Of a stretch of 64,000 nt of DNA, positions 17,443 to 26,591 are shown one piece after another. A program made the translations under genes and the position numbers. The notes below the pieces were generated by a model that did not search any database, was not told where the DNA came from, and was given only the letters and a program-made list of their open reading frames with translations. Source of the DNA: a virus. Location: positions 96,001-160,000 of IMG/VR virus record IMGVR_UViG_3300008259_004660, one strand, 5' to 3'. How positions within the stretch are numbered: the first letter of the stretch is position 1; each line of letters opens with the position of its first letter.

Positions 17443-18990
17443 ATGACATTTTTCGCATTTCTAGTGCTTTTAAGCGCAATAGCCATTTCTGCTTGTGGTG
17501 CATATTTTAGCATTATTGGTCTTAAAATGTTGTTTATTGGGGGAGGAGTATCAATCATAGTGATGGGAACCGCGCTTGAAATTGGAAAACTTATCACCGC
17601 CACCTTCTTGAAACAAAAATGGAACGAGATTGGATTTCTTCTGAAAACATATCTTGTTATCGCCACAATATTTTTGATGGGTATAACTTCTATAGGAATA
17701 TATGGGTATTTGAGTGCAGGATACACTTCAACAAATATTGCAGTAAAAGGATATGAGCAACAAATAGAATCAAACAATATAAAGATAGTTGATCTTGAGA
17801 AAGAAATAGAAACACTCAAGAAGACAGAATACAATGTGGTGGAAATAGGAGCGGCTGAAGATAATAGGAAAAAAACAATAGAGCAAAAATTACAACTGAT
17901 TGCTCAAAGAAATCAACGTATAGAAGCTATAAGAAAATCATCAAACACAAATCAAGACGCATCTGGTGATATTTTAGCAGCCAAGCAAGCATTGGAATTA
18001 TCAAAGTCTTCAACAGATAACGATATCTCAAGAGAACTTGAGCAAATAAAGCTGTATAATTCAAGATTAGAAATTTTAGATAAGGAAGTACAGAAATGGA
18101 TAGATCAAGGAACAGGAAATTTATTCAGAAAAAGCGGGTTGGACCAAGCAAGAATTGTAAAGGAAGGACAGGAAAAGGAACGCTCCGATATAGATGCACA
18201 AATTAAATCTTCACAGGACAGAATATCAAAATTAAGAGATCAATATTCATCCCAAGTAAAAGAATACAACAGTCGTGTAGCTGAAATAGAAGGTAGAAGT
18301 AAATCACAAAGAGGAGAAATAGAATCCAATGTAAAAAATCTTGAAAAAGAAATAACGGAAATAGAAGCATCTATAGTATCATACAATAAGGAAGTGGATG
18401 AAAAGATTTCATTGCTTAACAAGAACAAAGAAGAATCCGCCGAAAAAGGAAAAAATAAAATTTCAGAATATCAAGAAAACATAAAAGTTCTTAGAGTTCA
18501 AAACACCGAGATACAGGAAAAAATTATTGGGACTGACGTTGGTACATTTAAATTCATCGCAAATAGTCTTGGAATACCATTGGAAAAGGCTGTAAATTAT
18601 TTCATATGGTCTATTATGGCCGTGTTTGATCCATTGGCTATATGTTTAATCCTAGCATTTAATTCGTTGATGATAGATAGTAAAAACAAAAAATCAAAAA
18701 ATAATGATAAAGAACTTAACGTAGTTGAAATTTTACCTACGTTGGAACACACGCCCACACCAACTCCTACACCAACTCCTACACCAACTCCAACGCCAAC
18801 TCCAACGCCAACTTATATACCTTCTCCAACGCCGACATATGTTCCATCTAACACTCCAACACCAACGCCAACCGAAATACCAATTCAAGTCGAGTCTACA
18901 AATGAAGATATAAATGTTGCCGCGCCACTTCCCCCACCAATTGCTATACCTCACGCAATATCAAATGGAAAATTGCATCCAAGACAATAA
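17443..18990 (+). CDS. Membrane-anchored long coiled-coil protein with a C-terminal (TP)n tail
   Basis: Three hydrophobic N-terminal segments, a long heptad-rich region, a C-terminal TM (YFIWSIMAVFDPLAICLILAF) and a TP repeat. Confidence 0.7.
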   Translation: MTFFAFLVLLSAIAISACGAYFSIIGLKMLFIGGGVSIIVMGTALEIGKLITATFLKQKWNEIGFLLKTYLVIATIFLMGITSIGIYGYLSAGYTSTNIAVKGYEQQIESNNIKIVDLEKEIETLKKTEYNVVEIGAAEDNRKKTIEQKLQLIAQRNQRIEAIRKSSNTNQDASGDILAAKQALELSKSSTDNDISRELEQIKLYNSRLEILDKEVQKWIDQGTGNLFRKSGLDQARIVKEGQEKERSDIDAQIKSSQDRISKLRDQYSSQVKEYNSRVAEIEGRSKSQRGEIESNVKNLEKEITEIEASIVSYNKEVDEKISLLNKNKEESAEKGKNKISEYQENIKVLRVQNTEIQEKIIGTDVGTFKFIANSLGIPLEKAVNYFIWSIMAVFDPLAICLILAFNSLMIDSKNKKSKNNDKELNVVEILPTLEHTPTPTPTPTPTPTPTPTPTPTYIPSPTPTYVPSNTPTPTPTEIPIQVESTNEDINVAAPLPPPIAIPHAISNGKLHPRQ

Positions 18991-19053
18991 ATTATTTATT
19001 ATACATTGACAAAAATAAATTTATGCATATATATGTAAGCCTCAATCATATAT

Positions 19054-19668
19054 ATGAGTTACAAAATTGTCAAAAACAAGGATTATCTACACAAGAAGAC
19101 TGAACCAGTAGCGTCGATTGAAGAAGGCGAAGCAATTGCGAAGCAACTAATAGAAGCACTGGACCAGCTATCAAACGGACTTGGTTTATCCGCCAATCAA
19201 ATTGGAATATCAAAGTCGGTTTCTGTCATAAGAGTTAAGAAGGACAAAGATCCATTGATTCTTATGAATCCAACAATAACGGAATATAGTAAAGAAAAGC
19301 TTGTATTCACCGAAGGCTGTTTGAGTTTGCCCGGAAAACTTACAAACACGGTTCGTTCAACAAAAGTTACAGTATCAACATTAAATCATGCCAATCCAAT
19401 TCCATTCGGACCAGAGGTCGAGCCAATCACACAAGAATCTGTGAGAAGTGACTATGGGATATTAGAAGCGGTGTGTGTACAGCACGAGATAGATCATCTA
19501 AATGGTGTTCTTATGACCGACGACGGTGTAAGATACAGCCCTCCACCAGAAAAAAAAGTAAAATATGGAAGAAATGACAAGGTGATGGTAGAAAAAAATG
19601 GAGAAACTCAATATATAAAATACAAGAAAGCCGAAGAGCTTTTAGCCGATGGATGGAAAATACTATAA
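19054..19668 (+). CDS. def: Peptide deformylase
   Basis: GLGLSANQIG, EGCLS and QHEIDHLNG motifs. Confidence 0.93.
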   Translation: MSYKIVKNKDYLHKKTEPVASIEEGEAIAKQLIEALDQLSNGLGLSANQIGISKSVSVIRVKKDKDPLILMNPTITEYSKEKLVFTEGCLSLPGKLTNTVRSTKVTVSTLNHANPIPFGPEVEPITQESVRSDYGILEAVCVQHEIDHLNGVLMTDDGVRYSPPPEKKVKYGRNDKVMVEKNGETQYIKYKKAEELLADGWKIL

Positions 19669-19676
19669 AACAAAAC

Positions 19677-19841
19677 ATGAATATCAATACTGATAATCTT
19701 GAGGAAATAAAGCAATTACTAGAATATGCTCTTGAATACCGTAGTTGGCCCAGTGTTGAAGATGCACTGGCCATTCTCAATGAAGAATTGGGATACGAAA
19801 ACGAAGAGGATACAGATGAGGAAGAAATAGACGAGGAATAA
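19677..19841 (+). CDS. Small acidic hypothetical protein
   Basis: Acidic C-terminus. The non-overlapping ATG at 19677 is preferred to 19653. Confidence 0.5.
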   Translation: MNINTDNLEEIKQLLEYALEYRSWPSVEDALAILNEELGYENEEDTDEEEIDEE

Positions 19842-19845
19842 AATT

Positions 19846-20100
19846 ATGTGGATACTATGGACGTTGTTGGTTATATTTTTCATCGCCGCTTGTGCGTTCG
19901 GCTATGCGTGTTACAACATGGTTAAGAAAATAGAAACCTATGAAGAATGGTTAGAATTCTTCAGAGGCGAAGTAGACGATGTGTACAACAGAATGAAGGC
20001 TGTGGACGATAGAAATTTATTTGAAAAAGACGACGACGTTGGGTTTGTATTCACAGAACTAGTAAGAATATCAAAAGAGTTCAACGAACGCATCAAATAA
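19846..20100 (+). CDS. Small N-terminally membrane-anchored protein
   Basis: Hydrophobic N-terminus MWILWTLLVIFFIAACAFGY. Confidence 0.6.
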   Translation: MWILWTLLVIFFIAACAFGYACYNMVKKIETYEEWLEFFRGEVDDVYNRMKAVDDRNLFEKDDDVGFVFTELVRISKEFNERIK

Positions 20101-20103
20101 CAT

Positions 20104-20994
20104 ATGAAGAAACGCAAAAAAATTGTTAGATCGACTAAAAAGTCGATCAAAAAGATAAAATTGATCAAAAAGATAAAAAAGATACAGAAGAAAAAAGTTG
20201 TTAAAATACATACACTTCCTACTGAATTTTCTCAAGTACAAGATCCGCTCACAAGACGACGCGGTAGACCAAAAGGAAGAAAAAACAAGAATACACTCGA
20301 CGGTGCTCCCAAAAAAACTTCAAATGTATACTTCACAAAAGACACCGAGGATGCTATTGTGGCGTACAACGAAACTGAAGACCCTAGGGAAAAAGATCGC
20401 ATCTACAATGACAAGATACAAGCTGCTTTTTCAAAGATTGCAGAAAACGTTTATAACACGTTCAAATTCAGTTACGCTGATGTAAGCCCACTTGAAATTC
20501 AAAAGCAGGCTATATCGCATATGGTGGCTAATATAGCCAAGTATGAGAAAGGAAAAGGAAAAGCATTCAGCTATTTTAGTATCGTGGCAAAGCATTGGTT
20601 TATTTTGGATAATAACACCACATATCGTCGTTTTAAAAAGCATGTTGAAATATGTGAGCAAGTGGGCGAGTCTGGTGAGTTTGTTATTGAACCAGAACAT
20701 GAGAAGCAAGAAAGTGAGACTCGTGAATTTATAAAGCTCATGGTTGAATATTGGGATAAAAATGTAGGTAAGCATTTTACCAAAGAACGTGATCTAAAAA
20801 TAGCTAATGCTGTGATTGAGATTTTTAGAAACTCAGATCGAATTGATGTATTCAATAAAAAAGCACTATATTTGTATATACGTGAAATAGCAGATTGCCA
20901 AACTCAACATATTACGAAAGTAATTAATCGCATGGCAAAGCCACAGTCAGATATAAAAAGTGAATATTTGAACCGTGGTACCATTGTTATCTAA
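20104..20994 (+). CDS. Phage sigma-like transcription factor (T4 gp55-like) with a Lys-rich/AT-hook N-terminus
   Basis: VYFTKDTEDAI, IAENVYNTFKF, AISHMVANIAKYEKGKGKAFSYFSIVAKHWFI (sigma region 2-like); RRRGRPKGRK AT-hook. Confidence 0.6.
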   Translation: MKKRKKIVRSTKKSIKKIKLIKKIKKIQKKKVVKIHTLPTEFSQVQDPLTRRRGRPKGRKNKNTLDGAPKKTSNVYFTKDTEDAIVAYNETEDPREKDRIYNDKIQAAFSKIAENVYNTFKFSYADVSPLEIQKQAISHMVANIAKYEKGKGKAFSYFSIVAKHWFILDNNTTYRRFKKHVEICEQVGESGEFVIEPEHEKQESETREFIKLMVEYWDKNVGKHFTKERDLKIANAVIEIFRNSDRIDVFNKKALYLYIREIADCQTQHITKVINRMAKPQSDIKSEYLNRGTIVI

Positions 20995-21011
20995 AACATA
21001 TATATTCAGAC

Positions 21012-21019
21012 TATTTATA
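21012..21019 (+). promoter_or_regulatory. Putative late-promoter motif TATTTATA
   Basis: 4 nt upstream of the ATG at 21024. Confidence 0.55.
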
Positions 21020-21023
21020 GTGT

Positions 21024-21404
21024 ATGGAAACTTCCGAGTATGAATTGTATAAGGGAAAAAGCTTTGCTTCACTGTGCAAAGATATTGTCAGCAATTCTGA
21101 AGAAAAGAAGCAGCAATTAGATGTTTTGATTACAGATCTTCGTGAAATGATTAAAACAGTAAACGATGCTGTTACAATTGTACCACTATTAAAGGAATAT
21201 TTTGACGCTGGTATAAGAAACGACGAACAATTAATTAAACTGGCTGCAATTGTTCAAAGACTCATGGCAGATAGAGCAGGTGCAGAATCAGATTCCAACA
21301 GTGGTATATTGACGGACGACGAAAAGAAACAGTTGATGAGTGTTATAGAAGAGGCGGCAAAGCCTGTTCAAAAAATTAAACAACCAACCGACGAAAGATC
21401 ATAA
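21024..21404 (+). CDS. Conserved helical phage protein
   Basis: 126-aa ORF heading the baseplate operon. Confidence 0.6.
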   Translation: METSEYELYKGKSFASLCKDIVSNSEEKKQQLDVLITDLREMIKTVNDAVTIVPLLKEYFDAGIRNDEQLIKLAAIVQRLMADRAGAESDSNSGILTDDEKKQLMSVIEEAAKPVQKIKQPTDERS

Positions 21405-22861
21405 TGGCATATGTAAATGCAGAACGTCGCAGTGATCTTAATGTAAAACAAGACGATTTGCTTGCGTCGAAACGTTTTGTGTTGGAAAGAAAACCGGATA
21501 GTTCATTTTTTTACGAGTTGGAAGAAGCTGTAGTATTGGATGTGGTGATGGACGAAAACCATCCATTGGTAAAAAATAATGCAGTTTTGGTTGGGGCCAT
21601 GCCACCTAACATAGATGGTAGTGAAGTACAAGAAGGAACAGAAGATTACGGTAGAATTGGATGCATCAAGTTCAGATTCTTGAATTCGGAAAGAAACAAG
21701 AAAAAAGAACAACTTAATTGGGCATATCCAATAGAATGTACAGGAATAACAGAATGGCCGCTCATGAATGAAACGGTTATTGTTGGTGTATATTTGGGCA
21801 AGTTCTATTACAGTAGGAAATTGAATTTCAATTCCATCATAAATTCAAATGCTTCTTTCATAACAGAGAGAGTTGTTGGAAAAGTTGACGAAAACATAAA
21901 TGAATATACGGAAAAACCATATGAGGGTCCAAGATCACAGTTGAATTATTACGGAGGACCAAATTATACGGGAGTTCTTGGTCAATATTTCAAGTTTAAT
22001 CCTAAAATCAGAGGATTGAAACGATATGAAGGAGACACTATTTTAGAATCAAGATTTGGTTCATCGGTGCGATTTGGCGCATATGATGATAATCGTACAA
22101 ATGACAGCGGGCTGAATGATTATTCTGATGGTGGTGGAAATCCGATGATATTGATCAGAAATAGACAAGCGCCGATAAAAAATCCAGAAGGACAAACCGC
22201 AAGAGGGTACACGCGAGAAGACATAAACAAAGATGGATCTTCAATTCATATTACATCTGGGAAAACAATTTCAAAATTTGCCCCAGAGACAAAAAATGCA
22301 ATAATAAGTGGAAATAAGCCTGTACAGCTTCCTAAATTTGACGGAGATCAAATTGTAATCAACAGTGATAGATTGGTATTTTCTTCTAAGTCAAATGAAA
22401 TGTTTTTCTTTTCCAAGAAAAAAATTGGAATGACAAGTGATGACACTATTTCCATTTCATGCCCAAACACGTTGACTTTGACTTCATTAAAGGTTGCTAC
22501 AATAAATTCTCCACAAATATTTTTGGGAGATCATGCAAAAATATATGAGCCTGCATTACTGGGACGTTCTACAGTGGCTTGGATGTATGCGATGTGCGAT
22601 TGGATGCTTTTGAATGTAAACACGCAAATACAAATATTGACCACATTGATTTCATTTGCCACACCGGGAACGGGCCATAGTCACATCGGAAACATGGGAA
22701 AACCTACTCCAATATTTCCACCATCTGTTGTGGCTCCTCTTGCTCTTTGGGCAGAGCAATTACAATCTTTACAAGCATCTCAAATTAGTTTGTTGGCACT
22801 TCGTTCGCAGTTAAGTGAGCTTATGAGTAGTAGAGTGTTTGTATCAGGAGGATCGGATTAA
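21404..22861 (+). CDS. Putative baseplate hub/central spike protein (gp5/gpV-like)
   Basis: OB-like N-terminus (GRIGCIKF...WAYP...PLMNETV), beta-strand-rich GDQIVINSDRLVF...INSPQIFLG region and C-terminal HSH; precedes the wedge genes. Confidence 0.5.
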   Translation: MAYVNAERRSDLNVKQDDLLASKRFVLERKPDSSFFYELEEAVVLDVVMDENHPLVKNNAVLVGAMPPNIDGSEVQEGTEDYGRIGCIKFRFLNSERNKKKEQLNWAYPIECTGITEWPLMNETVIVGVYLGKFYYSRKLNFNSIINSNASFITERVVGKVDENINEYTEKPYEGPRSQLNYYGGPNYTGVLGQYFKFNPKIRGLKRYEGDTILESRFGSSVRFGAYDDNRTNDSGLNDYSDGGGNPMILIRNRQAPIKNPEGQTARGYTREDINKDGSSIHITSGKTISKFAPETKNAIISGNKPVQLPKFDGDQIVINSDRLVFSSKSNEMFFFSKKKIGMTSDDTISISCPNTLTLTSLKVATINSPQIFLGDHAKIYEPALLGRSTVAWMYAMCDWMLLNVNTQIQILTTLISFATPGTGHSHIGNMGKPTPIFPPSVVAPLALWAEQLQSLQASQISLLALRSQLSELMSSRVFVSGGSD

Positions 22862-22867
22862 TAGCCT

Positions 22868-23734
22868 ATGGAATTTCCAAAATTTACAGCACCAACAATA
22901 TCAATCAGTTCACAAACATCACTGAGTAGTATTGCAAAATCGTCTATACCTTCCATTAGTTCTCCAACAGGGCCGATCAACATAAGTGGTGTATCTAGTC
23001 AATTGTCTTTGTCTTCTATAGCTTCAAATGCCAAGGTACCGACTTCATTATCAGGGGCGGCAAGTTCTTTGGGAGTACCAACGACCGTCGGTGGTATATC
23101 CTCCGCATTGGGAGGACCAACTTCGCTATCGGCGGGATTGAGTTCCGCTGGCATTCCTACTACTTTACCAAATATATCGGCAGCAATACCTAATTTTTCA
23201 GCCACTTTACCGACACTCCCTACATTAAAATTGACACCAATTTCAAATTTTCCGGGACTAGATCAAGCTGGGATTTTACTTGGGGCTGGACCAAAATTTG
23301 CTGCTGAAAAAATTGCTAAACTAAAATCGATTGTTCCTCCATTTGCGCCGGGACTAAAGTTGAATATGGGAATGGTTGCCGGTGCATTATCGGTTATCAA
23401 AGCAATATCTTCGGCAAATCCATCAGAATTATTGAAGCAAATAACTTCAAGTATTGCCGAAGACATAAAAGGTCAAGTTGGAGATGTTGCAAAGAGTGCA
23501 TTAGATAGTACAGGAATTTCTAATATTCAAGGCCAAATACAAGGATTACAGAGTAGCGTAGAATCCACAGTATCTGGTGTTACGGGTGCAGTACAGGAAA
23601 ACATATCCACTGTTACAGGGGCTGCACAGGATGCGGCTGCTTCTGTAACAAACCCTATACAAGAAACCGTATCTAATACAACATCGACGGTTAATGACAA
23701 AATAAGTGCTCTCAGCTTCCCACCATCGGGATAA
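22868..23734 (+). CDS. Ser/Thr/Ala-rich low-complexity structural protein
   Basis: 288 aa, very rich in S/T/A/G, inside the baseplate operon. Confidence 0.55.
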   Translation: MEFPKFTAPTISISSQTSLSSIAKSSIPSISSPTGPINISGVSSQLSLSSIASNAKVPTSLSGAASSLGVPTTVGGISSALGGPTSLSAGLSSAGIPTTLPNISAAIPNFSATLPTLPTLKLTPISNFPGLDQAGILLGAGPKFAAEKIAKLKSIVPPFAPGLKLNMGMVAGALSVIKAISSANPSELLKQITSSIAEDIKGQVGDVAKSALDSTGISNIQGQIQGLQSSVESTVSGVTGAVQENISTVTGAAQDAAASVTNPIQETVSNTTSTVNDKISALSFPPSG

Positions 23735-23751
23735 TTATCAAAAATACATTA

Positions 23752-23759
23752 TATTTATA
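23752..23759 (+). promoter_or_regulatory. Putative late-promoter motif TATTTATA
   Basis: 15 nt upstream of the ATG at 23775. Confidence 0.55.
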
Positions 23760-23774
23760 TAAGGAACCATATAT

Positions 23775-24221
23775 ATGAAAAAGCAGGAACTTGTAGAAAT
23801 TATAAGAACTCTAGTAAAAGAAGAAGTTAATAATGCACTTCCACATCTTCTTATGGAAGTTTTGGCAGAAAAAATGGTGCAAAATTCAAACTCTTTGTTG
23901 GAAACAAAAAAGCCAACAGAGCAGCTTCCAAAAAGAACACCAAATGTTTCTTTTGAAGCAACTCCAAAACAGTCACCAGTTCAAGCGCCAAAAACGTTCA
24001 CAACAAACCCAATTTTGAATCAAGTGCTCAATGAAACTGTTGGAGGGATTCCACAAGAAGAATCTTCTGGTACACCATCCGCAATAGATGCACTTCAAAG
24101 TCTTCCAAAACAAGTATTGGCGGAAAACAAAGAAGTTGCAGCGGTCGCATCTGCAATGACAAGAGACTATTCTCAACTATTGAAAGCAATTGACACGAAA
24201 GCAAAAGCTAAAAGACCATAA
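23775..24221 (+). CDS. Hypothetical virion protein with an N-terminal ELxxIIR..V.EE helix
   Basis: N-terminus MKKQELVEIIRTLVKEEV. Confidence 0.6.
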   Translation: MKKQELVEIIRTLVKEEVNNALPHLLMEVLAEKMVQNSNSLLETKKPTEQLPKRTPNVSFEATPKQSPVQAPKTFTTNPILNQVLNETVGGIPQEESSGTPSAIDALQSLPKQVLAENKEVAAVASAMTRDYSQLLKAIDTKAKAKRP

Positions 24222-24628
24222 TGGCAACACAAAACGCACAACCTTATGGAATAACTCTACCCATAACACATGGGCCAAGTGGATATTTTAATCAAAGTTA
24301 TAGCGTGGGAGAACAAATTAAAAGTAATCTAAACTTATTGCTGAGAACAAAAAAGGGAGAAAGAAGAATGAATCCTGATTTTGGTTCTGGATTATGGAGC
24401 GTGTTGTTCGAGAATAATGTGGAGGAAATTGGTCAAATTGTTGAATCCACTATCAGAAAAGATATATCAAGATGGATGAATTATGTGAATGTCGAATCTG
24501 TTGATGTTGATAGAACAAGTGATAGTTCGCAACACAGAATAAATGTTTCCGTAGTATACACTGTCCCAGTTGTTGGAATAACAAACGAGCAAGTATTACA
24601 AGTTGACATGAACACAACCAACGTATGA
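24221..24628 (+). CDS. Baseplate wedge subunit, gp25-like
   Basis: QIKSNLNLLLRTKKGERRMNPDFGSGLWSVLFE gp25 signature. Confidence 0.88.
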   Translation: MATQNAQPYGITLPITHGPSGYFNQSYSVGEQIKSNLNLLLRTKKGERRMNPDFGSGLWSVLFENNVEEIGQIVESTIRKDISRWMNYVNVESVDVDRTSDSSQHRINVSVVYTVPVVGITNEQVLQVDMNTTNV

Positions 24629-26580
24629 TATTAGACACACCAAAATCATTTCTACCGGGCAAAAAAGATGTCAAATATCTTAACAAGGATTTTTCCCAAC
24701 TAAAATCCAGCTTGATTGAATTTGCCAAAACATATTATCCAAATACATATAAGGATTTCAGTGATGCATCAACAGGAATGATGTACATAGAAATGGCGGC
24801 GTATGTTGGAGATGTGCTTTCATACTATATTGATTATCAGTTCAAGGAATCGATGTTAGTAAATGCAGAAGAGCGCCAAAACATTATTGATGCGGCAAGA
24901 TCTGTTGGTTACAAAACAAAGCCAAGCACACCAAGTTTCACAAAATTGGATGTATATCAACTTATTCCTTCAAAAATAAATGAAGATGGCAGTATATCTC
25001 CAGACATGAAATATGCTCAGATTATAAAGCCGGGCATGGCGTGCAGCAGCGACTCTGGCATACCGTTTCTTACTAGTGTTCCCGTTGATTTTACTGTTGA
25101 TACCAAGAATGATCCGTTGGAAATTTCCGTTTATCAAAGAAACGCTGCTGGTCAACCTGAATTTTATGTATTGAAAAAGACAGTAAGTGCATTTTCTGGT
25201 CAAATATCCACTGCCACAATTTCGGTTTCTTCTCCTGTTCCATTTTTCAAAGTTACTCTTTCAGATACAAATGTTATTGAAGTTATGGATGTATATGACT
25301 CCGATGGCAACAGATGGTATGAGACAGATTATCTTGCACAAGATCTTGTTCCTATTGAAAGTGAAAACATATTCAAGAATGATTCTGCATTATCAACATA
25401 TCGTGATACTGTTCCTTTCCTATTAAGATATCTGAGAACACCGAAAAGATTTGTCACGGGGGTTGGTGCCGACAACACAACATTTTTGGAATTTGGATCT
25501 GGAACCAATGTTTCAGACGACGAAGTTATTATTCCAAATGTGTATACAGTGAACAGAGTTTCAACTTTTAGAAATGAAACTGCCACATATGATCCATCAA
25601 ATTTCTTGTCATCAAGAGCATTTGGTCAAGCACCTTCAAATACTTCATTGACAGTTCGTTATGTTGTTGGTGGCGGAATAACCAGCAATGTTAACGCAAA
25701 TTCAATAAAGAACGTAACAGCGGTTGATTTCTTCGGTGATATAACAGAACTTCCTGTTTTTGAACAGAATTTGACCACATTGGTAAGAAAGTCCATAAAA
25801 GTCAATAATCCATCTCCAGCGACAGGTGGTCGTAACGCCGAAACAAATGATGAAATACGAAATAATGCTCTTGCTAGTGTAGCAGCACAAGGTAGAGCAG
25901 TAACACAAAAAGATTATGTTATACGAGCATATGCGATGCCTTCAAAATTTGGATCGGTTGCAAAAGCATGGGCAGTGTCGGATGCACAATTGAATCCACA
26001 AAATATCCAAGCACAGCCGCAGTCAGATGTAACAAGTTCACTTTCTCCATCAGCAACAAATAACAAAACATTGCAGGCTGCAAACTCATTTGCGATAAAT
26101 CTTTATTTGCTTGGTTATAACACAAATCAGAACTTGATTGCAACAAACGAGGCAATTCGTCAAAATCTCAAAAACTATTTGAATCAGTATCGTATGTTGA
26201 CCGACAGTGTTAATCTTCTTGATGGATATATCATCAACATTGGTGTCGATTTTACGATCATTGCATACAAGAATTACAACAAGAGAGAAGTGTTGGCAAA
26301 CTGCATATCACTTGTTCAGAAATTCTTTGATATCAATAATATTCAATTCTGCCAACCAATCAATTTAAGCAGACTTGAATTGGAAATTGCAAAGGTGGAC
26401 GGAGTTCAGTCTGTATCATCATTGAAGATAAAGAATCTTACACTGCGTGATGGCGATTATTCTCCATATGAGTATGATATTGAAAAAGCGACTATGGACA
26501 AAGTGGTATATCCTTCCATAGATCCTAGCGTGTTTGAGGTTAAATTCCCATCAAAGGATATAGTAGGCCGCGTAAGTTGA
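24625..26580 (+). CDS. Baseplate wedge subunit, gp6/baseplate-J-like
   Basis: YLNKDFSQLKSSLIEFAKTYYP, AAYVGDVLSYY, ATGGRNAET and RAVTQKDY motifs. Confidence 0.88.
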   Translation: MILDTPKSFLPGKKDVKYLNKDFSQLKSSLIEFAKTYYPNTYKDFSDASTGMMYIEMAAYVGDVLSYYIDYQFKESMLVNAEERQNIIDAARSVGYKTKPSTPSFTKLDVYQLIPSKINEDGSISPDMKYAQIIKPGMACSSDSGIPFLTSVPVDFTVDTKNDPLEISVYQRNAAGQPEFYVLKKTVSAFSGQISTATISVSSPVPFFKVTLSDTNVIEVMDVYDSDGNRWYETDYLAQDLVPIESENIFKNDSALSTYRDTVPFLLRYLRTPKRFVTGVGADNTTFLEFGSGTNVSDDEVIIPNVYTVNRVSTFRNETATYDPSNFLSSRAFGQAPSNTSLTVRYVVGGGITSNVNANSIKNVTAVDFFGDITELPVFEQNLTTLVRKSIKVNNPSPATGGRNAETNDEIRNNALASVAAQGRAVTQKDYVIRAYAMPSKFGSVAKAWAVSDAQLNPQNIQAQPQSDVTSSLSPSATNNKTLQAANSFAINLYLLGYNTNQNLIATNEAIRQNLKNYLNQYRMLTDSVNLLDGYIINIGVDFTIIAYKNYNKREVLANCISLVQKFFDINNIQFCQPINLSRLELEIAKVDGVQSVSSLKIKNLTLRDGDYSPYEYDIEKATMDKVVYPSIDPSVFEVKFPSKDIVGRVS

Positions 26581-26591
26581 TTTATAACACC

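Noticed and set aside
17187-17834. 215-aa minus-strand ORF spanning the dnaK end and the next gene
   Set aside because: It is antisense to two strong genes and crosses a terminator, with no recognisable motifs.
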